A stretch of DNA of 64,000 nucleotides from NCBI GenBank assembly GCA_963817525.1, contig CAWFOU010000001.1, positions 896,001 to 960,000 on the forward strand, read 5' to 3'. Below the pieces are notes generated by a model. It was given only the letters and a program-made list of their open reading frames with translations, was not told the DNA's origin and did no database searches. Positions within the stretch are counted from its first letter, which is position 1. Every line of letters begins with the position of its first letter. Source of the DNA: an uncultured archaeon (GTDB taxonomy: Archaea > Thermoproteota > Nitrososphaeria > Nitrososphaerales > Gagatemarchaeaceae). Of the stretch, positions 11,142 to 23,300 are shown piece by piece. The translations under genes were made by a program, and so were the position numbers.

Positions 11142-12298
11142 TCACGAGTGGGTAACTTGACGATACAGCTGTTCCACATTCTCAGTAACACGCTCCCAGT
11201 CATTCTGCTCGGCGAAGCGTCTCGCCGCCCCCCCCATCCGTAATCTCAGCTCATTATTTCGAAGCAAGTTCAGGATGGCGTTGGCCAGCGCAGTTGGCTC
11301 GTTGGGCTGAACCAAGATACCCGTGATCTGGTCTTGAATTACATCCACAATTCCGCCGACTCGTGAACCGATTACGGGTTTACGTGTCGCCATTGCCTCG
11401 AGCAAGGCGAGCCCGTAGCCTTCAGAGCTATCCCTGCTTGGGAGTACAAACAAATCGCACGCGGCGTAGTACTGCGGCAGCAAGTCCTCTGAGACGCTTC
11501 CAGCAAACACGACGCTCCCCTCCAATCCAAGATCTCTAGCCAGCTCCTTGTTGTAGTCAGCAAGCTCGCCACCACCCACCACAACTAGGCGCGGACGTCA
11601 ATGTTCTCGTTCACAATCTTGAAAGCCCTGATTAGATTGTCCAGACCCTTGTACGCATGCCAACGTGTCAGAGCGCCAACGAAAAGAACGACCTTCTTGC
11701 CGGAGAGATTGTGCAATTTTCTGACGAACTCCCCATCGATTGAAGGATTGAATCTCGCCGTATCGACCCCATTCGGGATGACAACCACCTGCTTCCGGCG
11801 GCGTCTCAGAATACGGGAGGTCATCGCATATGTTCGCGTAGTCGCGATAATTTTCTTGTATTGGCTAAGATAAAGGGGAGAAAGCAGGTCGTGAGCCCGA
11901 ACTAACACTCCTGCGGCAGATGTTACTGGCGGTAGATCGTTGTGCCACGTCAATATCGCGGGAATTCCCCGCACCCTGCTAATGAAAGCAAACAAAGCCG
12001 CCAGATAAGGACTCGGGAAGTTGCAATGTATCACGTCGTATTTCTCCGAAAAGATGTTCAGCGGAGAGACCGCAATTGGGGTCCCGTACAGTCTGAAAGG
12101 GGCTCGCATCCGCCTCACACGAACGCCGCCCTCGAGGGTCTCACCAACCGTCAGAGGGTTATGTGCGCAGTAGACGGTGACTTCGTGCCCGCGTTCGGTA
12201 AGACAGCGGGCCAGGTTATGTACATAGGTTTCCGCCCCGCCTATCCAGGGTGGATAGAAGCTGTTGACTATGCATACCCTCATTTGCGGACCCGCCAT
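11142..12298 (-). CDS. GT4 glycosyltransferase split by a frameshift near 11587
   Basis: N-half FYPPWIGGAE..IPNGVD; C-half LPS..EGYGLALLEAMA; break at a GC dinucleotide run. Confidence 0.9.
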
Positions 12299-12316
12299 CC
12301 GCGGAGCGCCTTGCGT

Positions 12317-13894
12317 TCACTTGTCAGTGCCGCTCACCCGTAGGCGCAATATCCGTCGCTCGATTCCCAGGAAGACTCCGAACGCGAACTTCAGGGAGCC
12401 CATATTGTTGACGGCTATGGAGAGCCTGACGAGGTCGTCCTCGTCCAAGCCGAAGAAGATTGGCACGAGCACCGTATATGCGGCTACGAATACCACCGCG
12501 TCTACGAGTAACCCTTCGACGCTCAGAAGTCCCCCGAGCGGAAGCGCCGCGACCACGAGCCAGGCGACGAGGCCTGCGGAGAAAATGCCCAACAGTGGTC
12601 GAACCGCGACATGAGTTTTTAGGTATCGCCGAGAAAGGAACAGGCCTGGAACGACCGACGCCAGATTTGAGACGAGGAGCGCCAGCATAATCCCCTCGGC
12701 GCCGAGGCCAAGAGAAAAGACAAAAACAAGGCTCGCGAGCACAAGGGCGACTGCTGCCGAGACCGATATCAGCATGGTGAACCTACTTCTTCCGACTCCG
12801 TTGAAGAAGGAAGGAAGTACGGTCAGTCCCACGGCGACGGGCAGGTAGGAGATAGCAACCAGCTTCAGTAACACAATCCCTTGCGAATATGCCGACCCAT
12901 AGAACAGATCGAAGAGAGGGCCGGCCCCCGCGAGAATGAAAAAGACCATCGGGGTCAATATCAGGGAGACATACCTCACGGCGTACGCGAACGCCAGCGC
13001 GATGTCTTCTTCGAGGCCATGCAGCTCCGCGAACGAGCGAAACAGCGCGTTCGCCACCGCGCCCGAGATTATGGTTATTGCGACGGTGACGTTCAGCGCG
13101 GCCTGGTAGTATCCGATGGCGGCGTTGGCCACGACGGCCGCAAGGATGACCGTGGCGTATTGCGAAGCCAGACCAGAGATTATGCTGCCCGTGAAGAGGG
13201 GAAGGCCGTAGCCGACCATCGCCCGGAGGTCTGCGAAGAAGTGGCTAGGTTGCCCGGAAGAGGACCTCGTGCGCAGTAGGTAGATTGCGAGGGTGGCAGC
13301 GAAGCCTTCGATGAGATATGAGGTGATATGCCCAGAGATCGCACCATATACGCCGAATCCTGCGAGTATCAATCCCACTCCAAGCACAAGTTTCACGACG
13401 GACTGGAGAACGTTGAAGCCGCTCACCTGTGCCATTCACCCCCACCCGATGAGGGTGGACGTGGCGCACTGCGTAACGGCTATGGCCAAGACATAGACAG
13501 AAGTCACCTGCGAATACTGGACAAGCTCTGGCCTGTGAAGGAAGGCAACCACGAAGTAAGGCGCCAGGGCCAGATCGAGGGCGGACAGGGCCAGGCCGAA
13601 GAGCAGCGAAAAGATGACGGCGGTCCGGGTCATGCTGGCCGCGCGCGCGGCGTCTCCGGTGGACAGAGCGAAGGCCACGTATCTTGTAACCGCCGTGCTG
13701 ACGCCAAGCCCGACGAACAGCTGAAGGATCGACGGCACGACGAACGCTAGGGTGTAGAGTCCGTAGCCGCCCGGCCCGAGTAGCCTCGCGAAGATGATGA
13801 TTGCGATTGTCGCGACTGCGGTCGACACGAGGTTGCCTATGAAAAGGACGAGCGTCCCTCTCGCGGACGCCTGCGCGACGCTCACCGACGACAA
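12317..13894 (-). CDS. Wzx/MOP-family oligosaccharide flippase with an in-frame TGA at 13436-13438
   Basis: ARLLGPGGYGLY, many TM helices, AIGYYQAA; the two ORFs are in the same frame, separated only by TGA. Confidence 0.88.
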
Positions 13895-13949
13895 GCTGTC
13901 TGACCTTGGTGTCGCTCGTATATTTGTCCGTGCGGCCGAGCGTCCGACC

Positions 13950-14829
13950 CTAGTCGGCTCCTTTGCGCAGAATCGTCGAGACGGTGAACAAGATTATCCC
14001 GGTGAAGAAGGTGAAGAGCCCGAAGATTGCCACTGAAAAGCCGATCAGTGCATACGTGAGAACGAGGTCGGTTATGACCTGGTCTCCCAAGAAGAGAAGA
14101 TACGCGTGTAGCACGAAGTAGATGCCTAGCAACGTTACGACGAGTCCTGGGATGCCATAGAAGGTCATTGGGTGTCTGATTGAGGTGAGCTTTATCGCGC
14201 TGGTGAGCACGTCCACCGTATGGTAGATAGGGTTGTGTGTCGAGGTCTTGCCGACCCCGTACATGACGGAGACAGGGACTCCAGCACTCGGAGCCCCTGG
14301 GTGGAGGCGTCCATGAGTATCTCAGAGTCGACCCCCATCCCCGACTCCGAGGGGCGGAGAGCCTCGATTGCCCTCCTGTTGTACGCCCTGAACCCTGACT
14401 GTGTGTCAGAGACCCCGGGGACCGTCACAGCGTCAAGAGCTTGTTTCCGACCTTCCTGTAGCTCGGAATCCCTTTGTTTTCCGGGTGGAACCTCGACCCT
14501 ATGACCACATCCGCTTGGCCTTTGGCAATCGGGTCCAGCAGCTTCGGGATGTCCGACGGGTCGTGCTGGTCGTCGCCGTCGATGGTTATCATCACGTCCG
14601 CACCCAAATCCCTGCTCGCAGAGAAGAGCGACCGGAAGGCATCCCCCTTCCCCTTGTTCCTCTCGTGCCTTATGACATTCGCCCCCAGCTTCTCGGCGAT
14701 TGCTGCAGTCATGTCGCCGGAGCCGTCGTCGCATACGATGACTCTGTCCACATATGGCAGGGTGCCGACGATGACTTTGCCGATGGTCCTCTCCTCGTTG
14801 AACGCCGGGATGCAGGCGACCTTAATCAA
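13950..14829 (-). CDS. GT2 (DPM1-like) glycosyltransferase with C-terminal TMs, two frameshifts
   Basis: IPAFNEE, DDGSGD, IDGDDQHDP, then DTQSGFRAY, then TM tail in successive frames. Confidence 0.85.
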
Positions 14830-14916
14830 AGGCTGGCACCAGGCAGGACTGCCTCCTCACTGTTGGTTACGCGTGTCCTAAAGCCTTTAAGTCTTATCCG
14901 AGAATTCTCGATATAC

Positions 14917-15794
14917 GATGTTCTTGGGCGACTCCTTGGCTATCTCAAGGCCAATTGGGGCGCCCCGTTCGTGGTCGCTTTCATCCTGCTGCTCGTCGTT
15001 TCCGCGGCGGAGCTCTCATCAGGAGCGACCCACTCAGCTAACGGCATCGCAATTTACGGATTCTGCTTACTAGCAGCAGGAGTCGCACTCCAAATTGCGT
15101 CTTACGTCATGTATCGTGGGACGGGCACGACCTCACCCAGATCCTGCCCCTGAGACCACCGCTGCGCCCCATTCGAAGGGGCTCCCGCGCAACACGAAGG
15201 TGGTCGCGGTCGCCGCGGCTGCCTTGATACTTCTGGCTGGTGGTGGTAGGCTATCCCATGCTGTCGCACCCAGGGGCGCCGGCTGGCGGGGCCTCGACTA
15301 GCGCTTCTTCGTCCGGATGCGCCGGGCCTCAAACTGCTGGCACCGTGTACATCAGCACGAACGCGACGGTCTCGATCGAGATCTGCGGCCAAAGCTACAT
15401 CGTTCTAGCGGGCACTGGAGGAGGCCTGACCTATTCTTATCATGTGGGCATTTTGACTTTCACCGCCCCAAGCTCGGTCAATGGGAGCGCCTTCAAATTC
15501 TGGTATGCAATTATCGGAGACAACACGCCTGCACGCGCAAGTAGTGAGACCCTTACATTGACCCTTCCCCCCGGACTTTCCTCACAGCTCGGTGATACAG
15601 CTCTACTACACCGCACCTCCGGCCCCCGCGCGGTCGACGACCCTCGCGGCCAACTCCACATCGTCAGCCTCAACCCTATCATCGGCATCGACCGCATCCT
15701 AATCTTCTTCATCATCCTCCTTCGCCTCAATCTCGACTGCGATAGCAAGATTGGTCGGGAGTCTGTCGCCCACTTGTTCACTGGCGTTCGTTGA
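14917..15794 (+). CDS. Membrane-anchored hypothetical protein, frameshifted; boundaries approximate
   Basis: TM segment ANWGAPFVVAFILLL, a second hydrophobic segment, then a beta-rich S/T-rich extracellular-like region in successive frames. Confidence 0.5.
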
Positions 15795-16650
15795 ATCTGA
15801 GCCCGGCTACAGTCCCCCGGAGGAAGCTCGACGCGGTCTTTAGCCGGCCTTCCGATGTACTTAGTGGGTGATGGATTAGGGAGTACGCCCCCAGAAAGGG
15901 GAGCACGCAGACGGAGTAGAACACGAAGTCGCGTCTGCTGTAGTACCTCTTGAGCACGATGATCCCGTTCCTCTCCGTGTAATAGGCCCTTGTGCTGTCT
16001 ATATGGACGAGCGACCAACCGAGGTCGTGCCAGACCTTCGAGTCCGGGTTGACGACGGCCCTGTATCCCCTGGCATGCAGCCTGTGGGCAAAATCCACCT
16101 CGCTGAACCTCATCGGGAAATTGGCGCAGTCGAACCCGCCTATCTCCTCGAAGGCTTGCTTCTTGACCATGAATGAGTTGTGAAATGAGAAAGTGTCAGT
16201 CAACGCTCTCGGGATGTCGGTGCGCAGCGTGTAGAACCCCGGGAACCTGCCCTCCACGATGTATGAAGTCCATACCTTCTGTGGCTGCGCCAGGTAGTAG
16301 ATTATCGGGGCCGCGACAGCCACATTCTCCTGTGTAAAACAGGCCACCAGGCCGCCAATTGCCCCGCGGTCTACAATGTTGTCGTCATCAAGAAACAAGA
16401 GGTAGTCACCGTGGGAAGCCGCGGCGCCCGTGTTCCTCGAGCAGGAGAGGAGGAGCCTGGTCGGATTCCTGATGACCCTCGCGCCCGGGAACTTGCTGCA
16501 GAGCTCCTGCTCGACGGGTCTATCGGAGGCGTCGTCTACAACGACGACCTCGATTTGTGGGAAACCGCTCGCGTAGACAGACTCCAAGCACCGGACCAGC
16601 TTGTCAGCCCTGTTTCTGGTAGGGATTACGACGGAGACCAAAGAGACCAA
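15778..16650 (-). CDS. GT2 glycosyltransferase
   Basis: VSVVIPTRNR, VVDDAS, SRNTG, FLDDD, EVDFAHR. Confidence 0.92.
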   Translation of the reverse strand: MVSLVSVVIPTRNRADKLVRCLESVYASGFPQIEVVVVDDASDRPVEQELCSKFPGARVIRNPTRLLLSCSRNTGAAASHGDYLLFLDDDNIVDRGAIGGLVACFTQENVAVAAPIIYYLAQPQKVWTSYIVEGRFPGFYTLRTDIPRALTDTFSFHNSFMVKKQAFEEIGGFDCANFPMRFSEVDFAHRLHARGYRAVVNPDSKVWHDLGWSLVHIDSTRAYYTERNGIIVLKRYYSRRDFVFYSVCVLPFLGAYSLIHHPLSTSEGRLKTASSFLRGTVAGLRFNERQ

Positions 16651-16787
16651 GGCTTGGCGATGTTGGTGGATTCGCCGTGACTTGATATCTCTTGCCCGGC
16701 CCCGCCTCGCATTACGCCGGGAACATCACGTGAAGGCGAAGAGTAAGCCGTCAGGTTACGGCCTGGTTCTCTAGCCGGCCTTTGACT

Positions 16788-17057
16788 TTACTGCTTCGCA
16801 GTCGGAGGCGTTTGAACGGATGAGGTGCCGGCGCCGCCGATGGATGTGGGGGCCACCTCCGGCATGGGCTCCGGAGGAGGGGTCGTAGCCATTGTCCATC
16901 CTATCCACGCGAGAATGCCCAGGAGCACGACCACCGCTAGGAAGGCCGTGAGCTCCAAGATCGCTTTAGTGAAGAAGTAAAGCAGCAACCCGTAGATCAC
17001 GATACCTAGGGCGCTCCCGACTAGGATTACGGCCCCGATCGACCTATCGCTTGCCAA
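16788..17057 (-). CDS. Conserved small two-TM archaeal membrane protein
   Basis: D..IGAVILVGS..GIVIYG and WIGWTMATTPPP motifs. Confidence 0.75.
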   Translation of the reverse strand: MASDRSIGAVILVGSALGIVIYGLLLYFFTKAILELTAFLAVVVLLGILAWIGWTMATTPPPEPMPEVAPTSIGGAGTSSVQTPPTAKQ

Positions 17058-17142
17058 TCTATTGTCGGAGACATAGGCAGTGGATATAATGATTTACGCC
17101 CCGATGCACGCGGAGAGAGCGACCGAGGGTGGCCGCTAGAGG

Positions 17143-18087
17143 CTATGCTAGCTGGGCGGCCACCTGCTTCTGCAGTCCATCGGCGAGAGACGTGACGGGC
17201 TTGTAGCCAAGGTCGGACTTTATCCTCGTAATGTCGGCGGAGGTATTTTTCACGTCGCCCAGGGCGCTGCCCAGCCGTTTGATCTTCGCCTTCTTTCCTA
17301 GTATGGACTCGATGGTCGAGACTACCTCGCTGAGAGGAGTCGAGCCTCCCGCGCCGACATTGTAGGTGCTCCCGGGCCTCGCTTGGGCGGCGAGCATCGT
17401 CGCCGCCACCGTGTCAGCGACGAACGTGAAGTCGCGCCGTTGTGCACCGTCGCCGTAAACGGTGATAGGTTCGCCTCTGGCTATCCTTGAGATGAAGATG
17501 TTGAAGGCCATGTCAGGCCGCTGCCTGGGCCCGTACACCGTGAAGTACCTCAGGGCGACGGCGGGGACAGAGTAATTCCTGAAGTAGACGTAGCACAGGT
17601 TCTCCGCTGCGAGCTTGGTCGCGCCGTAGGGGGAGACGGGCCTTGGCGTGGTCTCCTCCGGGGTGGGGAGTGCCTCTGCGTCCCCATAGATAGACGACGA
17701 TGAGGCGTAGACGAACCTCTCGATGGTCGGCCTCTGCTTGGCCGCCTCGAGTAGCCTCTGCGTCCCTACGATGTTGTCCTTCACGTAGTGCGAGAAGAAG
17801 GTGCCCCAGCTCGTCCGGACGCCAGGCTGGGCCGCGAGATGGTAGACGCATTCAACATCCTTCAAGAGCGGAGCGAGCCCAGCAGAGGAGAGGTCGACCT
17901 CCATCAGACGGAACTTTTTCGTCTTCCGAAGCGCGGCGAGGTTGGAGAGCTTTATCGCCCGCTGGTAGTAGTCCGTGAAGCAGTCCACTCCTAGGACCGT
18001 GTCCCCTCGCTGGACGAGCGTCTCTGACGAGTGAGACCCGATGAAACCCGCAGCTCCGGTGACCAGACACTTCAAGCCGCGACGCAC
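17143..18087 (-). CDS. NAD-dependent nucleotide-sugar epimerase/dehydratase (UDP-glucuronate epimerase-like)
   Basis: TGAAGFIG, HLAAQPGVR, ASSSSIYG, YGATK, RYFTVYGPRQRPDMA. Confidence 0.95.
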   Translation of the reverse strand: MRRGLKCLVTGAAGFIGSHSSETLVQRGDTVLGVDCFTDYYQRAIKLSNLAALRKTKKFRLMEVDLSSAGLAPLLKDVECVYHLAAQPGVRTSWGTFFSHYVKDNIVGTQRLLEAAKQRPTIERFVYASSSSIYGDAEALPTPEETTPRPVSPYGATKLAAENLCYVYFRNYSVPAVALRYFTVYGPRQRPDMAFNIFISRIARGEPITVYGDGAQRRDFTFVADTVAATMLAAQARPGSTYNVGAGGSTPLSEVVSTIESILGKKAKIKRLGSALGDVKNTSADITRIKSDLGYKPVTSLADGLQKQVAAQLA

Positions 18088-19418
18088 CTAACGCTCGGGT
18101 CCCCGGCCCGGGCTTGAAAGTTGAGCCCCGGAAGCCGATATTTGTCGCGGTCATAGAGCCGCCTCGCGTCGAAAACGAAGGGGGTCCGCATCAGCTCCAG
18201 AAAGTCCCTCGCCCGGAGTTTCTTGAAATCATCCCAGGCAGTCATCACGACCGCGGCGTCAGCGCCTCGGATGCATTCACGCGGGTCTTCATAGTAAACC
18301 GCTTGCCCCCCGAGTTCCCTCTTTGCCCCTTCAATCGCTTCGGGATCGTCATCCTCACTCGCGCGCCCTTGCTGAATAGCGACCTCGCGAGCACGATGGC
18401 GCGCGAGTCTCGCACGTCGTCGGTGTCCTTCTTGAAGGCTGCACCAAGGACGGCGATTTCCTTTCCCGTAATCTCTCCCAAGGCTCTCTCGACAGCTGAT
18501 ACGATGAGTTCAGGCTGCGTGTCGTTTATCTCGAGCACCGAATGCAGAAGAGAGGCGTCGATAGAGCGGTCGAGGGCAAAGGCGCTAAGCGCTCGCGTGT
18601 CCTTTGGAAAGCACGCACCTCCGAACCCCGGACCCGCGTGCAGATACTCGTGCCCGATTCTCGGGTCAAAGCCCATTCCGCGCGCAACTTCCTCGACGTC
18701 GCCTCCCGGGATGGTCTCGCAGACTCTTGCGATGAAGTTCGCGAAGCTGATCTTTGCAGCAAGGAACGTGTTGCTTGCGTACTTTATCAGCTCGGCGTTC
18801 TCTGCGCTGGTCACGACGACAGGCGGCGATTTCTGGGCCATAGAGTCTTTGGTAGAGCGCTTTCATGACAAGCCCCGAGCCTTTGTCCACCTGCCCTATG
18901 ACTATCCTGTCAGGGTGAAGCATGTCCTCGACCGCCGCGCCTTCCCGGAGGAACTCAGGGTTCGAGCAGAGCCCAAAGCCGCTTCCACATTTCTTTCCGG
19001 ACTCCCTTTCCAATATCGGTCTGACGACCGCGTTAGTGGTACCGGGAGTGACGGTGCTCTTGAGGACCACGGTGTGCCTCTTCCTGCTCAAGGCGAGCTG
19101 CTTTCCTACCATGGCGGATGCCGCGGTCACTTGCGAGAGGTCAATGGAGCCATCGGACTGCGAGGGGGTTCCCACCGCGATGAGGATGACATCCGCGCCT
19201 TGGATGGAGTCATAGCTGCTCGAGAAGGCGAGCCTCCCTTTGACAACTCCGGACTTTAGCAATGCTGGGAGCCTCTTCTCGTGAATCGGGGACACACCGC
19301 GGCCAAGGCTAGAGATCCGCTCTCCGTCCACGTCAATCCCGGTCACCTCGAACTTGGTCGAAAGGCAAGCCGCCGTGCAGAGACCGGCGTAGCCTAGTCC
19401 GACGACGACGACTTTCAA
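18088..19418 (-). CDS. UDP-glucose/GDP-mannose dehydrogenase family, several frameshifts; 3' end approximate
   Basis: GLGYAG, NPEFLREG, AELIKYASN, GFGGACFPKD, AFKKDTDDVRDS. Confidence 0.9.
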
Positions 19419-19496
19419 CGCCTATGCCGAGACCGACCCGCGTTATTAGGTATCTTGGGCCAGGATGAAACCTGAAGCAGAGCTTACGCTAGGTCT

Positions 19497-19543
19497 GGAA
19501 AAAATAAAGAGGAAAAAAGCTGTCTCTAGCTTAAGACAGCTTT
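19497..19543 (-). terminator. Terminator of the S-layer operon: 10-bp hairpin followed by T-tracts
   Basis: aaagctgtct (19516-25) / agacagcttt (19534-43) inverted repeat spanning the stop codon, followed on the minus strand by TTTTTTCCTCTTTATTTTT. Confidence 0.75.
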
Positions 19544-20287
19544 CTTACTAATATTGCTAGTTCGAGGACTAGAGTGATTGCTGCGAGTGCTGCAACAACC
19601 AAGACGTATGTCTGGTCGTTGTTCACGCCGTTGTTGAGTGTGGTTAGTTGACCGCTGATGCCGCTGACTCCTGCGATTCCTTGAGTTATCGAGGCTAACG
19701 TTGTCGTCAGTCCGGTGACTCCGGTCTGCAGGGTGTTGACTGCGCTTGTCAGGGATGTGAGGTCGGTGGTGATGGTCGCGAGGGATGCCTGTAATTGCGG
19801 TGAGTTGGGTCGTATCTGGGTTGATGACTGCGGATGTGGTAGTTACTGTCGTCGTCGCCTGTGCAACGGTGACCGTTGTGGTTGACGTTACGGTGGTTGT
19901 CGATCCTGTGGATGTTCCAGAGTATGCGAAGGTCGTCGTCCCGGAGCTACCGTCTTCGTAGACCGCGGTTACCGTATAGGTCCCGCTCGTCCACATCTGA
20001 CCGCCCGCCACGAGGACGTATGAATACGCCCCGGTGGTCGCTGCGACCGACGATTCTCCCGTGTCGACCGCTCCCATGGGGCCCGTGGTCGTTACGACCA
20101 CGTCGTTGCCCGAGGCGGAAGGCGCTGGAGTGACGGTTCCCGTGACAGTGATCGTTGCATTCCCTGAGTAGCTGGACGCGTTGGTGGAGACCGTTACAGT
20201 CGAAGCTCCCGCTGCGAACGCGGCCACTGGCCCGAGGACCAGGAAGGCCGCGAGGAGGACTGTTGCGATGGTTCTGGTTGTGTTCAT
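19531..20287 (-). CDS. SlaB-like S-layer stalk/anchor protein, frameshift near 19792
   Basis: Signal peptide, Ig-like domain, Thr-rich linker; corrected frame reads heptad-like QASLATITTDLTSLTSAVNTLQ.. then TM YVLVVAALAAITLVLELAILVRKLS*. Confidence 0.75.
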
Positions 20288-20304
20288 TCTCGATCACCTG
20301 GTGA

Positions 20305-23300
20305 CTAACTGATAGTCACCGAGGCAGTGCTTGTGGTTGAGATAGCGGTTCCGCTACTCGATGTTACGAAGATGGTCACGCTGTATGTGCCTGGAGGTAG
20401 ACCGAAGAGCGCGTTGAACGCGGTCACTGATCCGCCGGCTGGCGCAGAGATTGTTGCCGTGGAGATGTCGACTGTCTGTCCGAGTGCGTTGTGCACTACG
20501 GCGTAGACGAAGCCGGTGATGGGTGCATTGGAGTGGTTGGTGAACGTCGTGGTGACGCCGTTGTAGACTCCTTGAGTCGACTGAGTTGGTGAGCCGGTCG
20601 CCGACACGCACGAGGTGCTGTTGCACGACGTTGACGAGACGGAGCCGACTGTTACGCTGAGTGGTGTGTTGAGGATCGCAGTGCCCACTGGGGCGCCTGC
20701 AGGCGTGGTTGTTCCTTGCTTGCTGACGACGAGTTGGACTACTGTCGGTCCTGATGCTGCGCCCGCGGGCACATCGAATGTCGCACTGCCTGCTCCGACG
20801 CTGTTAGGTGCGATTACACCCACAGTCGTGCCGGTGTAGGAGGTGCTCACGAATGCGCTCTGGACGTAGTTGAAGACGATGTCGTACACTGCGGACGGAT
20901 TGAGTGCGTGCGCCGTGAGGATGACTGCATGGCCTATTGGTGCACTTGACATGTTCAGATTGGCGCTTGAGGCCAACACGAACTCTGCATATGCATCTTC
21001 AGCGCCAGTCACTCCATAGTGCGCTGTGGTCTGGACTGAGAAGTACTCTACGGTACCCGTCTCAGTTGTTGTGGGCGTGTCCGCTAGCGTGATTGATACC
21101 CCGCTGGGGACGGCTCCTGTTGAGGTTGCTGTAAAGGTCGCGAGTGCTGGCGCACTGGTCAGAACTGTCCCTGCCACGCTTGTTCCCAAGGCGACAACGT
21201 AAGATCCGCCGGACGCGAGACCAGTACCTGTCAGGGTCTCTGCTGCACCGACGGCCGCCACGCTTGGAGAAGCCGAGAGTAGGGCTATGTTGCTGAAGAG
21301 TAGGTCGCCATAGGCAGATGTGTACAGGCCGTCGGGGAAGTTCGCTGGCCCGACGTCGTCACCTGGCACTAGTTGTCCCGCAACCAGGTTTCCAAAGATC
21401 GCACTTGCACCCGACGCCGTTTCGATGTCCAGTATGTGGACTCCGCTCGAGTCGCTGGGTATAGTGACTTGGACTCCTGGGATTGGGACGCCGCCAGTCG
21501 CAGTTGTGGTGAAGGTGCCTAGTATCTGGGAACCGCTGATAGCGTTCCAGACGATGCTGTAGGCTGTGTCGGCAAGGAGCCCGTGGATGCCGTAGCCGTT
21601 ACCTGTCCTGACTACGGTCGTCTGACCTGCTCCGCCTTGGTTGATGCTGAGCGCAGATACGCCTGTCGGAGGTATTCCGCCTATGGAGTTGACTGTCGGC
21701 GCATACGTCACCGCTCCTGCTGCGGTGGCGACTGCTCCGCTGACGCTACCCGTTGCGGTGATGGTCTGGACGCCGCCTGCCAAGTCAGGTACTTGGGCAG
21801 CCGCCGTGTAGACCTCGCCGTTGGTGGCTACGCTTGTGCTGCCAGTCAGCGCCGTGCCTCCAATCGCTAGGGTAACGGAGTCGGTTGCTCCGAAGCCGTG
21901 GACGTAAGCGCGGAAGTTGGTGACGGTGTAGTCAACGGTGCTCGCGGAGAGTCCGCCGGTTGTGGTGTCAATCCAAGGCGTTATGCCGAAGGATGGGCTG
22001 AGGATGTTAGCTGGAGGCGATGCCTCTGTCACTGTGAGAGTGTAGGTTTCAGCTGTGGTCGGCGTGGCGGTCAAAGACCAGGGTGTCTCTCCCAACGCTT
22101 GGGTTGAGAAGAACGCTCCGCTTGCTGTGGCGCTACCTGGTACAAGGATTGCCGTCAATACCGCTCCTGCTGATGGAGTTATGGTTATGGGGCTGCCCGG
22201 AACGAATCCGTAGCCGAAGACTCCAATGGTGTTCTGGCGTGGTGCGGTGCTAGTTGTGGATGGCGTTTGGACTGCACCGGGCTTGTAGCTCGATGCGTCG
22301 GTTGTCGCGACTCCGGTGCTTGTGCCGCTGCCCACGATCGATGAGATCAGGACACCGCCCCAAGCAGTCGGAGAGAGTTTGATGTTCCCATTCGCATAGT
22401 TGAATGTAGTCCCGTCGATGACTACACTAACGGGCCCGAAGGGCACGTTAGTTGTCGGGGACACAACTAGGAATGTTCCGGCTCCGCCGAAGGATCCCGA
22501 CGTCCCCACGGTGACTGCTGCGTGGTTGGTCGATACACCGCCTATCGTGATGCTGCTTGCTGCAATCGTTCCTGCAGGCAAGCCGTGTGCCTCAACGAGT
22601 ATGGAGGTGGGTGCGGACCCGACGAAGCTGAAGGTTGTCCCTCCCGCTTGCGAGTTATAGAACGCCGCCCATGGGTTGATCGTGTACGTCGTCGTCGCGG
22701 TCAAGCCCGAGGTAGCACCCGTTGCTGTGATCGAATGTGCCCCGCCGGTCGCGTCTGCGACTGCGGTCGATTCAGTGACAGCGCACGAGCCGTAACCAGT
22801 TCCGGTCACGGTACTCACGCTCGCTCCTGTCGTGCAGGTTGTCGAAGCCGACGCCCACACGGCCGTGGCGATGGATACGGACTCACCAGAGCCGAAGCCC
22901 AAGACCGTTATCGTTGGGCTGATCGATTCCTGTGGGTAGCCGTAGTTGGTTGGGTAGGTTATCGAGATGCTGGGTGTTACGGTGATTGTTGCAGTACCAG
23001 TTACTGTGCCAGTTGCGACGGCGATGGTCTGAGCGCCACCTGGCATGTTCGGCACCAGAACTTCGACTTGGAAGTTTCCGGACGCCGTCGTTGTCAGAAG
23101 CCCGCCGACGACAAGGCTGTCGACCTCGGGTGTGGTGGTGCTGACGCCAGTAGCGCCGGTCAACCAGGGAACTGTAGTGGTTCCGACTGTTGTGGTGATT
23201 GATACGGTTGCCGACGGGCTGAAACCGGTGCCAGTTATGACAACGATTGAGCCGGGGGTACCCGATGTCGTGGCGGTTAGTTTGCCGCTTGATATTGTTG

